50,985 nt of DNA from Gemmatimonadales bacterium. Its GTDB lineage: Bacteria; Gemmatimonadota; Gemmatimonadetes; Gemmatimonadales; Gemmatimonadaceae. The position numbers and the translations under genes are program-made. The first letter of the stretch is position 1, and the number at the start of each line of letters is the position of its first letter. The stretch covers positions 1 to 50,985 of the forward strand of contig JBBQHX010000001.1 in assembly GCA_038324385.1 (NCBI GenBank), written 5' to 3'. Below are positions 37,776-50,168 of the stretch, one piece after another. The notes beneath the pieces are model-generated. The model had not been told where the DNA came from. It worked only from the letters and a program-made list of their open reading frames with translations, and ran no database searches.

Positions 37776-38396
37776 TCAACGGGCGATGCACACCTCGCCC
37801 GCCCACATGTTGGTGATTGAATCGCCGGCGGACGGCCCGTCGATGAGACCGGCCATCGCGCCCGCGGTGAACTCGGTGCCGAGCGTGCTCTCCTGCACGG
37901 TCGCCGCATAAGCCGCATCGAGATCTCGGCGTGTCGAGCCGACGCCGACGCCGCTCATCGACGAGACGGCGCCGCGGGCACGCTCATCGAGCGACCAGCC
38001 GACGAACCGACCATCGCGGAACGCGAGGCTCAGCCCATTCGTCCAGTTGGCATAATCGAACCCGCACTCCCCATTCTGCCCCTCGGTGGACCGACCGAGG
38101 ATCCGCTCGAGCGTTGGGAGGAGCTGCGTCCGCTGAGTGCCGAACGGGAACGGGCGCGCCGAGCCGGTGACGGAGTCGATCACTCGCACCCCCTCGCCGT
38201 CGATGGCCACGTGGGCGACGGTGAGGGCACTGTCGCGGGTCGCCGCGATTGATGACACCGCTGAGTCGGGCGGTGCACTCGGGTCGGAACGCTCGAGGGC
38301 TCCGGCGGCCGCACTGTCGGCGTCGGGCACCGATTGCGGCGAACACGCCGCGAGGACGAACAGAAACAGGGGCACCAGCGAACGTCTCAGAATCAT
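37776..38396 (-). CDS. Hypothetical lipoprotein
   Basis: ORF trimmed to the ATG at 38396. MILRRSLVPLFLFVLAAC has a lipobox (LAAC). 206 aa; no family recognised. Confidence 0.6.
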   Translation of the reverse strand: MILRRSLVPLFLFVLAACSPQSVPDADSAAAGALERSDPSAPPDSAVSSIAATRDSALTVAHVAIDGEGVRVIDSVTGSARPFPFGTQRTQLLPTLERILGRSTEGQNGECGFDYANWTNGLSLAFRDGRFVGWSLDERARGAVSSMSGVGVGSTRRDLDAAYAATVQESTLGTEFTAGAMAGLIDGPSAGDSITNMWAGEVCIAR

Positions 38397-38640
38397 GGCT
38401 GTCTCGTACGCGTGAGTGCGGCGGCGGCACATCGCTATGGGGAGTGAGTTCGGCGACGGTGCTGATACACCGACGGCGCAGCGGAGTGGCGCTCGATGCG
38501 CCCGGGTTCGGTCGCGATCGGAGCGCGTAGCTGGAACGCGGACTGCCGTGCCGCGGGTTGATCTCTCGAGCACCCCGTCTCGCGTTCGGCGTCGACCACC
38601 TCCCGTCGCTGGACGTCGTCAGTCTCGTACCAGGTGATCG

Positions 38641-39135
38641 ATGCACGTGCAGCCAGAAACTCCGGGGGCGGGTCAGGAAAGCGTCTGGCGCTATCCGCGC
38701 CCGGCGATCGCGGAGCCGACGTCGCGACTGCTGCGGATCGAGCATGCGGGCATCGTGCTCGCCGAAACGGTTCGCGGTGTCCGGACGCTCGAGACCAGCC
38801 ATCCACCGAGCTACTACTTCCCGCCCGACGACGTCGCCATGTCGATGCTGCGGCCGTCGGGGCGACGATCCTTCTGCGAATGGAAGGGCGACGCGGTCTA
38901 CTTCGACGTGGTGGCAGGGGGCCGGACGCTGCCAGACGTGGCGTGGAGCTACCCTGCGGCCACCGTTACCTTTGCCTGCCTGCGCGACTTCGTTGCCTTC
39001 TACGCGGCCCCGTTCGACGGCTGCTTCGTCGATGGCGAGCGTGTGACGCCGCAGCCGGGCGGGTTCTACGGCGGATGGATCACATCGCACGTCGTCGGCC
39101 CGTTCAAGGGGATTCCGGGGAGTCGGTTCTGGTGA
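38641..39135 (+). CDS. DUF427 domain-containing protein
   Basis: VWRYPRPA..., LETSHPPSYYFPPDDV, SFCEWKGDAVYF, TPQPGGFYGGWITSHVVGPFKG resemble conserved DUF427 blocks (recalled from memory, not searched). Confidence 0.78.
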   Translation: MHVQPETPGAGQESVWRYPRPAIAEPTSRLLRIEHAGIVLAETVRGVRTLETSHPPSYYFPPDDVAMSMLRPSGRRSFCEWKGDAVYFDVVAGGRTLPDVAWSYPAATVTFACLRDFVAFYAAPFDGCFVDGERVTPQPGGFYGGWITSHVVGPFKGIPGSRFW

Positions 39136-39217
39136 ACGGTGCGCTGCCTGACGACGATCGCCGCGGTCACGGCGGAGCGCCCACGGCCTGAGCGGGACTG
39201 GCGGAGCGCCGAATGAC

Positions 39218-39248
39218 GAACGCCCGGGACCGTTGGGCCCGGGCGTTC
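39218..39248. terminator. 11-bp perfect-stem hairpin between the convergent DUF427 gene and ptsN
   Basis: gaacgcccggg / accgttggg / cccgggcgttc. Confidence 0.55.
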
Positions 39249-39290
39249 GCGATGTAGCGGTCGCGCGTCAGGCGGTCACCGGCCGGCTGG

Positions 39291-39743
39291 TCAGACGCCC
39301 TTTTCCTCGAGCAGCGCCATGAACTGGCGCGGCTGGGTGATCGTCAGCAATCGCTCCGGCACGTCGGGTTCCTTGCTGAACTGGGCGATCTTGCCGAGCA
39401 CGGGGAGGTACTGGTTGGACACTTCGAGCGGCGGCGCGACGATGAGGAAGAAGAAGTTCACCGACTTCTCGTCGATCGCCTTGAAGTCCACACCGGACTT
39501 CTTCCGGCCGAATGCCACGCGCAGCTTGTTGACGACCAGCGAGCGGCAGTGGGGAATGGCGATGCCCCGGCCGATACCGGTCGAGCCGAGGTTTTCGCGG
39601 CGCTTGAGCATCTTGAACAGCATTCCCTCGGACTTCTCGTCGAGCTTGAGGAGCGTGATCAGCTCCTTCAGCACTTCGTCCTTGGTCGTGCCGTCGAGAT
39701 CCAGCTTGATCGCATCTTCGGAGAAGAACTCGCGCAGTTCCAT
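39291..39743 (-). CDS. ptsN: PTS IIA-like nitrogen regulatory protein (EIIA-Ntr)
   Basis: ORF trimmed to the ATG at 39743. ...KDEVLKELITLL..., LGSTGIGRGIAIPHCRS (phosphorylatable His context); 150 aa. Confidence 0.85.
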   Translation of the reverse strand: MELREFFSEDAIKLDLDGTTKDEVLKELITLLKLDEKSEGMLFKMLKRRENLGSTGIGRGIAIPHCRSLVVNKLRVAFGRKKSGVDFKAIDEKSVNFFFLIVAPPLEVSNQYLPVLGKIAQFSKEPDVPERLLTITQPRQFMALLEEKGV

Positions 39744-39872
39744 CTGATCCTCAGTGGCGTGGGGCGCCGCCCGCCGGTGCGGGCGAGCGCAACAGCGGAA
39801 AGTATGTTGACCGTCAAGTCGTGTCAAATCTTCACGTTGCAGCGCTACCGAGGGGCGGCTAGCATTCACGAT

Positions 39873-40925
39873 ATGCGCTTCCCCTATCCGACTGGCGGTG
39901 TCGCCGTCCCACTTTTCCTCGCGCCGATGGCCGGCGTGTCGGAGTCTCCATTCCGGCGGCTCTGCCGTGCGCATGGTGCCGACGTGGTGGTGACAGAGTT
40001 CCTGTCGGCCGAAGGGATTCGCCGCGAGAATGAAGCCACGATCAGCAAGCTGCGCTTCTCGCCGCAGGAGCACCCGATTGGCGTGCAGATCTTCGGCGCC
40101 GATCCCGAGGCAATGCGCGACGCGGCCGCGCTGGTGACCGAGCTGTTCCAGCCGGACTATGTCGACATCAACTTCGGGTGCCCGGTCAAGAAGGTCGTGC
40201 GGCGGAACGGGGGCTCGGGGTGCCTGCGGGACCTCGGGTTGGTGCAGTCGGTGATTCGCGCCGTGCGGAGCGGGACGCATCTCCCCGTGACGGTGAAGAT
40301 TCGCAGCGGCTGGAGCGAGGAGATGCGCGATCCGGTCCGCATCGGGCTCCACTGCCAGGAGGCGGGGGCGTCGGCGCTGGCGCTGCATCCGCGGACGCGC
40401 ACCCAGATGTATACGGGACAGGCTCGCTGGAGCGAGATCGCCGACGTGGTCGCGGCCCTCGAGATTCCCGTCATCGGCAACGGCGACATCAAGACGCCCT
40501 TCGACGCGCTGCGCCTGCACCAGGAGACCGGGTGCGCGGCGGTGATGATCGGTCGCGGCTCGTTCGGCCAGCCGTGGATCTTCCGGCAGGCGCGAGCGCT
40601 GCTCGAGGGAGCGCCGATGCCCGAGACGCCCGGTGTCGAGGAGCGGTTCGCCGTCGCCCTAGACCATGCGCGATTGGTCCAGGAGTACGAGGTGGATCCG
40701 GAAGGGGCGGCGATCGAGTTTCGGAAGCACCTCGGGTGGTACGTGAAGGGGCTGCACAACTCCGCCGACCTCCGCCGCCGACTGCATGCGGTGAACTCGT
40801 TCGCCGAGGTCGAGGGGATCTTCGACGACTACATCGCCGGACGCGCCGAGTTCGCCGCGCGTCTCGATGCGCCGAGCGACGGATTCGGAGCGGCCGCCGA
40901 CGAGTTCGCCGCCGCGGACGCGTGA
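39873..40925 (+). CDS. tRNA-dihydrouridine synthase (Dus family, DusB-like)
   Basis: ORF trimmed to the ATG at 39873. LAPMAGVSESPFRRLCRAHGADVVVTEF, INFGCPVKKV (catalytic Cys), GNGDI; 350 aa. Confidence 0.9.
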   Translation: MRFPYPTGGVAVPLFLAPMAGVSESPFRRLCRAHGADVVVTEFLSAEGIRRENEATISKLRFSPQEHPIGVQIFGADPEAMRDAAALVTELFQPDYVDINFGCPVKKVVRRNGGSGCLRDLGLVQSVIRAVRSGTHLPVTVKIRSGWSEEMRDPVRIGLHCQEAGASALALHPRTRTQMYTGQARWSEIADVVAALEIPVIGNGDIKTPFDALRLHQETGCAAVMIGRGSFGQPWIFRQARALLEGAPMPETPGVEERFAVALDHARLVQEYEVDPEGAAIEFRKHLGWYVKGLHNSADLRRRLHAVNSFAEVEGIFDDYIAGRAEFAARLDAPSDGFGAAADEFAAADA

Positions 40926-41686
40926 TTCGCGCAGACGCCCGCCGGCTGCTGGCCGCGGTCGCGTCGGGGAGCGTCACGGTCGACCAGGCGCTGCACCAGC
41001 TCGCGACCGCACCCACCGCCGCGCTGCTGGACGCGACGCTCGACCTGCACCGCGGCGTCCGCCAGGGTTTCCCCGAAGTGGTGCTGGCCGCGGGAAAGAC
41101 ACCGGACCAGGTGGTCGCGGCCGCGCTCGCGATTCTCCAAACCGGTGACGGCGTGCTGATCACGCGTGCTGAGGCCGACGTCCGGGCTCGATTGCTGGTG
41201 GCAATCCCGGACGCTGAGGTGAACGCGACGGCCCGCACTGTGTTCGTCGCGCCGCGCTCGGCCACCGAACCGACCGGGGCGCCGGTCGTGGTGATCACTG
41301 CGGGGACGTCTGACCTCCCCGTGGCGGACGAGGCGGTGGTGACGGCGTCCGCGCACGGCGCGCGGGTGGTCCGGATTGTGGACGTCGGCGTGGCTGGCCT
41401 GCATCGCCTCGCCCCGCACCTCGAAGCATTGGGGGAAGCGGGGGCGGTGATCGTGGTCGCTGGGATGGACGGGGCGCTCGCCTCGGTGATCGGCGGGATC
41501 GTCGCCACGCCGGTGATCGCCGTGCCAACGAGCACGGGCTATGGCGCCAGCTTCGGCGGGATTTCGGCGTTGCTGGCCATGCTCAATTCGTGCGCGGCCG
41601 GCGTCACGGTGGTGAACATCGACAATGGGTTCGGCGCCGGGGTGGCGGCGGCCCGGATCGTCACGGCTGCTTCACGTCGCGGGTGA
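40922..41686 (+). CDS. larB: LarB-like PurE-related protein (pyridinium-3,5-biscarboxylic acid mononucleotide synthase family, COG1691)
   Basis: GTG at 40922 overlaps the dus stop (GTGA). VVITAGTSDLPVADEA..., DVGVAGLHRL, VVAGMDGALASVIGG, PTSTGYG..., NIDNGFGAG. Confidence 0.78.
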   Translation: MIRADARRLLAAVASGSVTVDQALHQLATAPTAALLDATLDLHRGVRQGFPEVVLAAGKTPDQVVAAALAILQTGDGVLITRAEADVRARLLVAIPDAEVNATARTVFVAPRSATEPTGAPVVVITAGTSDLPVADEAVVTASAHGARVVRIVDVGVAGLHRLAPHLEALGEAGAVIVVAGMDGALASVIGGIVATPVIAVPTSTGYGASFGGISALLAMLNSCAAGVTVVNIDNGFGAGVAAARIVTAASRRG

Positions 41687-41770
41687 TACGGAGACTCGTA
41701 ACCCGTATTTTGTCAATAAGATACGTTATCGGTGTCAGGTCGGGTCTCAGGGGATATTTCGCCTGACCGG

Positions 41771-41798
41771 TTGACGGGCGGACATCGGGCGCTAGATT
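41771..41798 (+). promoter_or_regulatory. Candidate ssrA promoter (TTGACG-16 nt-TAGATT)
   Basis: TTGACG at 41771-41776 and TAGATT at 41793-41798, about 24 nt upstream of the mature tmRNA 5' end. This is consistent with a short processed leader. Confidence 0.45.
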
Positions 41799-41822
41799 GA
41801 ACGACAGTCCCGGAATCGAATC

Positions 41823-42181
41823 GGGGGCGACTGGCTTCGACGGGGTTGGTGAAGCTGAGGCAGCGTGTCCAGGCTCTCGAGCCCTGGTTAAACACTCGGG
41901 AAAATTTTAACTGCCAACTCAAACCTGGCTCTGGCTGCGTAACTTTTAGTTACCGCACGCCTTGCTTAGTGGGAAGCCCGCCCAAGGCGGCTCACTAGGT
42001 ATCGCAAATTTGGGCTGGCTCACGACCGTGTCTGCCGGGCGTGGGTGAGAAAACAGGAGACTTGTCCGAGCACAGGCCGTCCACTGGCCGGCGCACGGAG
42101 ACACTAAACAGTGGGCTACGCACGTAGCGGCCGCAGTCGATTCAGTCTCGGACGGGGGTTCGATTCCCCCCGCCTCCACTA
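41823..42181 (+). ncRNA. ssrA: tmRNA (SsrA), one-piece; tag reading frame 41913-41942 encodes ANSNLALAA-stop
   Basis: 5' GGGGGCGACTGGCTTCGACGGGG; 3' GGACGGGGGTTCGATTCCCCCCGCCTCCA. The acceptor stem has a G3:U pair (alanine identity). Internal gcc aac tca aac ctg gct ctg gct gcg taa. The terminal CCA is only partly encoded (A-CTA). Confidence 0.95.
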
Positions 42182-42190
42182 GCAGAAAGC

Positions 42191-42223
42191 AGCGGGCCAC
42201 CGGAGTTCTTCCGGTGGCCCGCT
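42191..42223 (+). terminator. 13-bp stem hairpin immediately after ssrA
   Basis: agcgggccaccgg / agttctt / ccggtggcccgct. Confidence 0.6.
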
Positions 42224-42287
42224 GTGCGTTCTCGCTCTTGCTGTTGCTGCCGTGGTGCGCGTGGGCGGGTGTTTCGCGAGAGAAGGC

Positions 42288-42598
42288 CCGGCAGAATCGA
42301 CCACGGAGGACACGGAGGACGCGGAGGACCGCCTGCGCGGGCTATGCGCGGGCTAAGCCTCGGCGGGCGGGGCGAGCGGCGTGTGGTGCGAAGTTGCCGC
42401 CTTCGAGGGGAACAGCGCCGCGTGCGGGCCGGCAGCCGGCTGACGTGGCTGACGATTCGACGAGTGCATGTGGCTGTGGGTGTCCCCACTTCAGTTGACG
42501 GGACCGTCGGTGGACAACGCAGCATGCGCCGGGCGTCGAAATCCGGCCGCGGGGCAGTCCTCCGCGTCCTCCGCGTCCTCCGTGGTCGATTCTGCCGG
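42288..42598. repeat. 42-nt inverted repeat pair (41/42 match) bracketing a 227-bp spacer; each arm contains 3 x 9-bp GGAGGAC-type tandem units
   Basis: Left arm 42288-42329 is ccggcagaatcgaccacggaggacacggaggacgcggaggac. Right arm 42557-42598 is gtcctccgcgtcctccgcgtcctccgtggtcgattctgccgg, its reverse complement with one mismatch. Confidence 0.85.
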
Positions 42599-42642
42599 TC
42601 TCCATCCTGCGACATCCGTGGTGACGGAGGACTTTTTACCGG

Positions 42643-45312
<2,670 letters not shown>

Positions 45313-45384
45313 CGTTGACGGAAGCGGGGAGCGGGGTAGGCGCTGCGGGACGGTGCTAGAGGAGCGGCGCGCGCCCGCCGGCCG

Positions 45385-46767
45385 TCAGCAGCCGCAGCCG
45401 AAACGCAGCTTGTCCGGGTCGGCGGGCGGCGGCGTGGGATAATCGCCGGAGAAGCACGCGTGGCAGAAGCCACCCGGGCCGCCTGGCACCGCTGCCAGCA
45501 TCCCTTCCAGCGAGAGGTAGGCCAGCGAGTCGACGCCGATGTGGCCGGCGATCTCGTCGACCGTCATGTTCGCCGCGACGAGTTCCTCACGCGTCGGCGT
45601 GTCGATGCCGTAGTAGCAGGGACCCGTGATCGGCGGCGACGAGACGCGCATGTGTACCTCACGCGCGCCGGCCGCTCGAATGAGCGCGACCAGGCCGCGC
45701 GTGGTGGTGCCACGCACGATCGAATCGTCGACCATGACGACACTCTTCCCCGTAAGCAACTCGCGCACCGCGTTGTACTTGACCTTGACCTTCGCGTCGC
45801 GCCCCGACTGGGTCGGCTGGATGAATGTTCGGCCGATGTAGTGGTTCCGGATCAGCGCGAGCTCGTACGGAAGCCCCGATTGCTCGGAGTAGCCAAGCGC
45901 GGCGGAATTGGAAGAGTCGGGGACGGAGAAGACGAAGTCCGCCCCGGGCGCGGGCGCCTCACGCGCGAGTTGTCGACCGAGCGCGCGGCGGGCACGGTCG
46001 ACCGACCCGCCGAAGACAGAGCTGTCGGGCCGCGCGAAGTAGACGTACTCGAACACGCAGCGATGGAGCGACGGCGAGCGGGCGAATGTGTGCGAGACGA
46101 TCTCGCCATTCCGCACGGAGACGATCTCGCCCGGCTCGACCTCGCGGACCACGGTCGCGCCCACGATGTCGAGGGCGCACGTCTCGGACGCGAACACCAC
46201 CGCGTCGCCGAGTTTTCCCATGACGAGGGGGCGCCAGCCGCGTGGGTCACGTGCGGCGAGCATCGTGTCGCCGAGCACGACCAGCAGGCAGAATGCACCC
46301 TCGACGCCCTGCAGCGCGGCGGCAAGGGCGGTGGCGGGGTCGCGGTCCTCGGCGCGCGCCAGCCGGTGGACCACGACTTCGCTGTCCATCGTGCTGGCAA
46401 AGATGGAGCCGGCGTCTTCCAGCTCGCGGCGCAGCTCAGTGGCGTTCGTCAGGTTCCCGTTATGCGCGAGGGCGATGTGGCCGCCCCGGAAGCGGGCCAG
46501 CACGGGCTGCGCATTCTCGATCGTCGAGGTGCCGGCGGTGCTGTAGCGGGTGTGGCCGATGCTGATGTCGCCGTGCATCTCCTCGAGCGCTTTGTCCTGG
46601 AAGCCCTCGGACACGAGCCCCATCGTGCGGAGCGGGCGGGCGCCCTCCACGGAGTCGACGGCGACGATGCCCGCCGATTCCTGGCCGCGATGCTGAAGGG
46701 AATACAGGCCGAGATGAACGAGCGATGCGGCCTCTGCATGACCGGTGACGCCGAAGATGCCGCACAT
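45385..46767 (-). CDS. purF: Amidophosphoribosyltransferase
   Basis: MCGIFGV (N-terminal nucleophile Cys), HTRYSTAG, PRTase motif VVMVDDSIVRGTT, and a C-terminal Cys cluster. Confidence 0.96.
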   Translation of the reverse strand: MCGIFGVTGHAEAASLVHLGLYSLQHRGQESAGIVAVDSVEGARPLRTMGLVSEGFQDKALEEMHGDISIGHTRYSTAGTSTIENAQPVLARFRGGHIALAHNGNLTNATELRRELEDAGSIFASTMDSEVVVHRLARAEDRDPATALAAALQGVEGAFCLLVVLGDTMLAARDPRGWRPLVMGKLGDAVVFASETCALDIVGATVVREVEPGEIVSVRNGEIVSHTFARSPSLHRCVFEYVYFARPDSSVFGGSVDRARRALGRQLAREAPAPGADFVFSVPDSSNSAALGYSEQSGLPYELALIRNHYIGRTFIQPTQSGRDAKVKVKYNAVRELLTGKSVVMVDDSIVRGTTTRGLVALIRAAGAREVHMRVSSPPITGPCYYGIDTPTREELVAANMTVDEIAGHIGVDSLAYLSLEGMLAAVPGGPGGFCHACFSGDYPTPPPADPDKLRFGCGC

Positions 46768-46779
46768 GGGCGAGGGAGC

Positions 46780-49107
46780 TCAGGAAATCGAAGGGGCGTG
46801 GAGTTCGTCGTCGACAGCGTCCGCTGCGGCGACGAGTCCAGCAACGCCGGCGCGATCCATGATGCTCGGAATCGCGTCGTGGTAGGCCGCGGCGAGTCGC
46901 GCGAGATCGGCCACGAGGACCCGATCGCCGACGCGAATCGTCAGCCCCGCGTCAGGCGCGGCCACGCGGCCGAGCACGCGCGCCGGCACGCCATGACGCG
47001 CGGCCGCCGCCATCACGGCGTCGACATCGGCCGTCGAGACGATCGCGCGTCCCTGCGCCTCGCCGAACAGCACGGCGCGCAACGGCAGCTTCTCGTATGC
47101 CGAGAGATCGACGTCGGCGCCGAAGCGCGTGTCGGGGTTTGCCATCGCCGACTCGGCCAGCGCGACGGCGAATCCGCCGTCGGCACAGTCATGCGCCGAC
47201 GAGAGCAGCGAACCCCGTGCGCAGGCGACCAGGGTCTCGACCAGCGCTGCCTCACGCTGCACGTCGCAGGCGGGCGGGGCGCCGGCCGTCAGACCGTGCA
47301 CGCGCAGCAGGTATTCGGATCCGCCGAGCTCGTCGGTGCACTCGCCCAGCAGAACGATCGCGTCGTCCTCACGCCGAAAGGTGCCGCGGACGACATGCGA
47401 CACGTCATCCAGCAGGCCGACCATTCCGACCACCGGCGTGGGGTGCACGGCGCCGAGGGGGTTCTCGTTGTAGAGCGACACGTTGCCGCCGGTGACCGGC
47501 GTGTTCAGCGCCCGACAGGCCTCGCCCATCCCTGCCACGGCTTCCTTGAACTGCCAGAACACTTCGGGCCGTTTCGGATTGCCAAAATTGAGACAGTTGG
47601 TGATTGCGAGCGGCCGCGCGCCGGTGCAGGCGATGTTCCGCGCGGCTTCGGCCACTGCAATCCGGCCGCCGACGCGCGGCTCGAGGTAGACGTAGCGGCC
47701 GTTGCAGTCGGTCGTGGCCGCCAGCGCCTTGTTGGTGCCGCGCAAGCGAATCACTGCCGCGTCCGAGCCGCCAGGCCCGACGACCGTGTTCGTGCGCACC
47801 ATCGTGTCGTACTGACGGAACACCCACCGCTTGCTGGCGATCGTCGGCGACGAGAGCAGCCGCTCGAGCGTCCACATGGGATCTGACTCGTCAGGCAGCT
47901 CGGCGACCGCGTGCACGTCCCGCTCGCGTAGCGCGACGATCGCGTCTGCCTCACGAGCCTCGGGATGATAGACGGGACAGTCCGTGACCAGGCGCGACCC
48001 CGGGAATTCGGCCACCACGCGATCTCCCTCGACCACGCGGTACACCGGCTCGGCGATCACCTCGCCGATGACCTCGGCCGTGAGGTCCCACTTCGCGAGG
48101 ATCGCGCGCACGTCATCCTCGTGCCCCCTGGTCGCGACGACGAGCATCCGTTCCTGCGATTCGCTGAGCAGGATCTCGTAGGGCGTCATGCCCTCCTCGC
48201 GCACCGGAACCCGGCTGGTGTCAATGACGATACCGACGTCGCCGCGGGCGGCCATCTCGGCGGACGACGACGTGAGCCCCGCTGCGCCCATGTCCTGGAT
48301 CGCGACGATGTGGCCGCTGCGGATCAGTTCGAGACTCGCCTCGAGCAGCAGCTTCTCAGTGAACGGATCGCCCACCTGCACGCGGGGCCGTTTGGCCTCG
48401 CTCTCGGCGGTGAGGTCTTCCGAGGCGAACGTGGCGCCGTGAATGCCGTCGCGACCGGTTCGCGCGCCAACAGTCAGGATCGGGTTGCCAATGCCGGATG
48501 CTTCGGCGCGAATCAACTCCTCCTCGCGCATCACGCCGATGCACATCGCGTTGACGAGCGGGTTTCCTTCGTACGCCGGGTCGAACACCACCTCGCCCCC
48601 GACGGTGGGAACGCCGACGCAATTGCCGTAGTCGCCGACCCCCTTGACCACACCCGCGAACAGGTAGCGGACGCGCGGCGTCTCGAGCGACCCGAAGCGA
48701 AGGGAGTTGAGCATCGCGATGGGGCGGGCCCCCATCGTGAAAACGTCGCGGAGTATGCCGCCCACACCGGTCGCTGCGCCCTGATAGGGCTCGACCGCAC
48801 TCGGATGGTTGTGCGATTCGATCTTGAAGGCGACCGCGAGCCCGTCGCCGACGCTGATCACACCGGCGTTCTCGCCGGGGCCCTGCAGAACCCACGGAGC
48901 CTCGGTGGGAAAGGTGCGGAGCACCGGGCGCGAGTGCTTGTAGGAACAGTGCTCGTTCCAGAGCGCGCTGACGATGCCAAGCTCGGTGAAGGTCGGCTCG
49001 CGCCCCAACAGCGTCACCAGGCGTTCGAACTCGTCAGGCGTCAGTCCGTGCTCGGCGACGAGCGCGGGGGTGATCGCCGGGTCACCGGGTCGCGGGTGTA
49101 CGGGCAC
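46780..49107 (-). CDS. purL: Phosphoribosylformylglycinamidine synthase subunit PurL (start uncertain: GTG 49107 preferred, ATG 49206 possible)
   Basis: ...[41 protein letters not shown]..., plus repeated AIR-synthase-like domains. The distance from GTG 49107 to WNEHCSYK (~50 aa) matches other PurL N-termini as I recall them. Confidence 0.92.
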   Translation of the reverse strand: MPVHPRPGDPAITPALVAEHGLTPDEFERLVTLLGREPTFTELGIVSALWNEHCSYKHSRPVLRTFPTEAPWVLQGPGENAGVISVGDGLAVAFKIESHNHPSAVEPYQGAATGVGGILRDVFTMGARPIAMLNSLRFGSLETPRVRYLFAGVVKGVGDYGNCVGVPTVGGEVVFDPAYEGNPLVNAMCIGVMREEELIRAEASGIGNPILTVGARTGRDGIHGATFASEDLTAESEAKRPRVQVGDPFTEKLLLEASLELIRSGHIVAIQDMGAAGLTSSSAEMAARGDVGIVIDTSRVPVREEGMTPYEILLSESQERMLVVATRGHEDDVRAILAKWDLTAEVIGEVIAEPVYRVVEGDRVVAEFPGSRLVTDCPVYHPEAREADAIVALRERDVHAVAELPDESDPMWTLERLLSSPTIASKRWVFRQYDTMVRTNTVVGPGGSDAAVIRLRGTNKALAATTDCNGRYVYLEPRVGGRIAVAEAARNIACTGARPLAITNCLNFGNPKRPEVFWQFKEAVAGMGEACRALNTPVTGGNVSLYNENPLGAVHPTPVVGMVGLLDDVSHVVRGTFRREDDAIVLLGECTDELGGSEYLLRVHGLTAGAPPACDVQREAALVETLVACARGSLLSSAHDCADGGFAVALAESAMANPDTRFGADVDLSAYEKLPLRAVLFGEAQGRAIVSTADVDAVMAAAARHGVPARVLGRVAAPDAGLTIRVGDRVLVADLARLAAAYHDAIPSIMDRAGVAGLVAAADAVDDELHAPSIS

Positions 49108-49221
49108 TGAATTCCCCTGCAAACGTTGGCCGCTCGCGCGTAGGCGCGTCGATGGAACGGCGGAATCTCCGTGGTGCACCGTGCGCCGGGGCTCGACGCG
49201 CGGCACGTCAGACGCGATCGG

Positions 49222-49910
<689 letters not shown>

Positions 49911-49914
<4 letters not shown>

Positions 49915-50168
49915 GACGCCACCACGCTCGCAATCTCGAAGTCTTCGGTGACCGGGTTGGCGAGCAGCCGCTCGCACATCTCGCGCACCGCGGCGCGCAC
50001 ACGCTGCTCATCGGCGGCTTCGACGTCGAGCACTAGATGGCGTCCAACGAGCACATCGCCCACGCCCTGGAAGCCGAGCGAGTGAAGCGCCCCCGCGACG
50101 GCCTTGCCCTGCGGGTCGAGGATGCCGCGGCGCGGGGTGATGTGGACGGCGGCACGATACTGCGTCAT
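49911..50168 (-). CDS. purS: Phosphoribosylformylglycinamidine synthase subunit PurS
   Basis: 85 aa. [15 protein letters not shown]...[10 protein letters not shown]. Its stop overlaps the purQ ATG (ATGA). Confidence 0.9.

Noticed and set aside
37984-39191. ORF 37984..39090(-) of 368 aa and ORF 38634..39191(+) of 185 aa.
   Set aside because: The first runs antisense across the lipoprotein gene, the divergent intergenic region and the DUF427 gene, with junk composition. The second is the wrong frame of the DUF427 gene, whose conserved blocks read in the 38641 frame.
41713-42200. ORFs 41713..41922(-) and 41946..42200(-) overlapping the ssrA locus.
   Set aside because: The region is fully explained by the tmRNA gene on the plus strand.
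42181-42642. Genomic island integrated at the tmRNA 3' end.
   Set aside because: Only about 460 bp separate ssrA from ppdK. There is no integrase, and I see no direct repeat of the ssrA 3' end in this gap. Only the inverted-repeat element remains, and it is reported separately.
49108-49206. ATG 49206 as the purL start, which would leave only 15 nt after the purQ stop.
   Set aside because: It adds 33 residues with no PurL similarity, and the last ~20 codons before 49107 show reduced GC3 (GGA GAT, GTT CCA, CTA, CAA CGT TTG, AAT TCA). This is not excluded and is kept as an alternative in the feature note.
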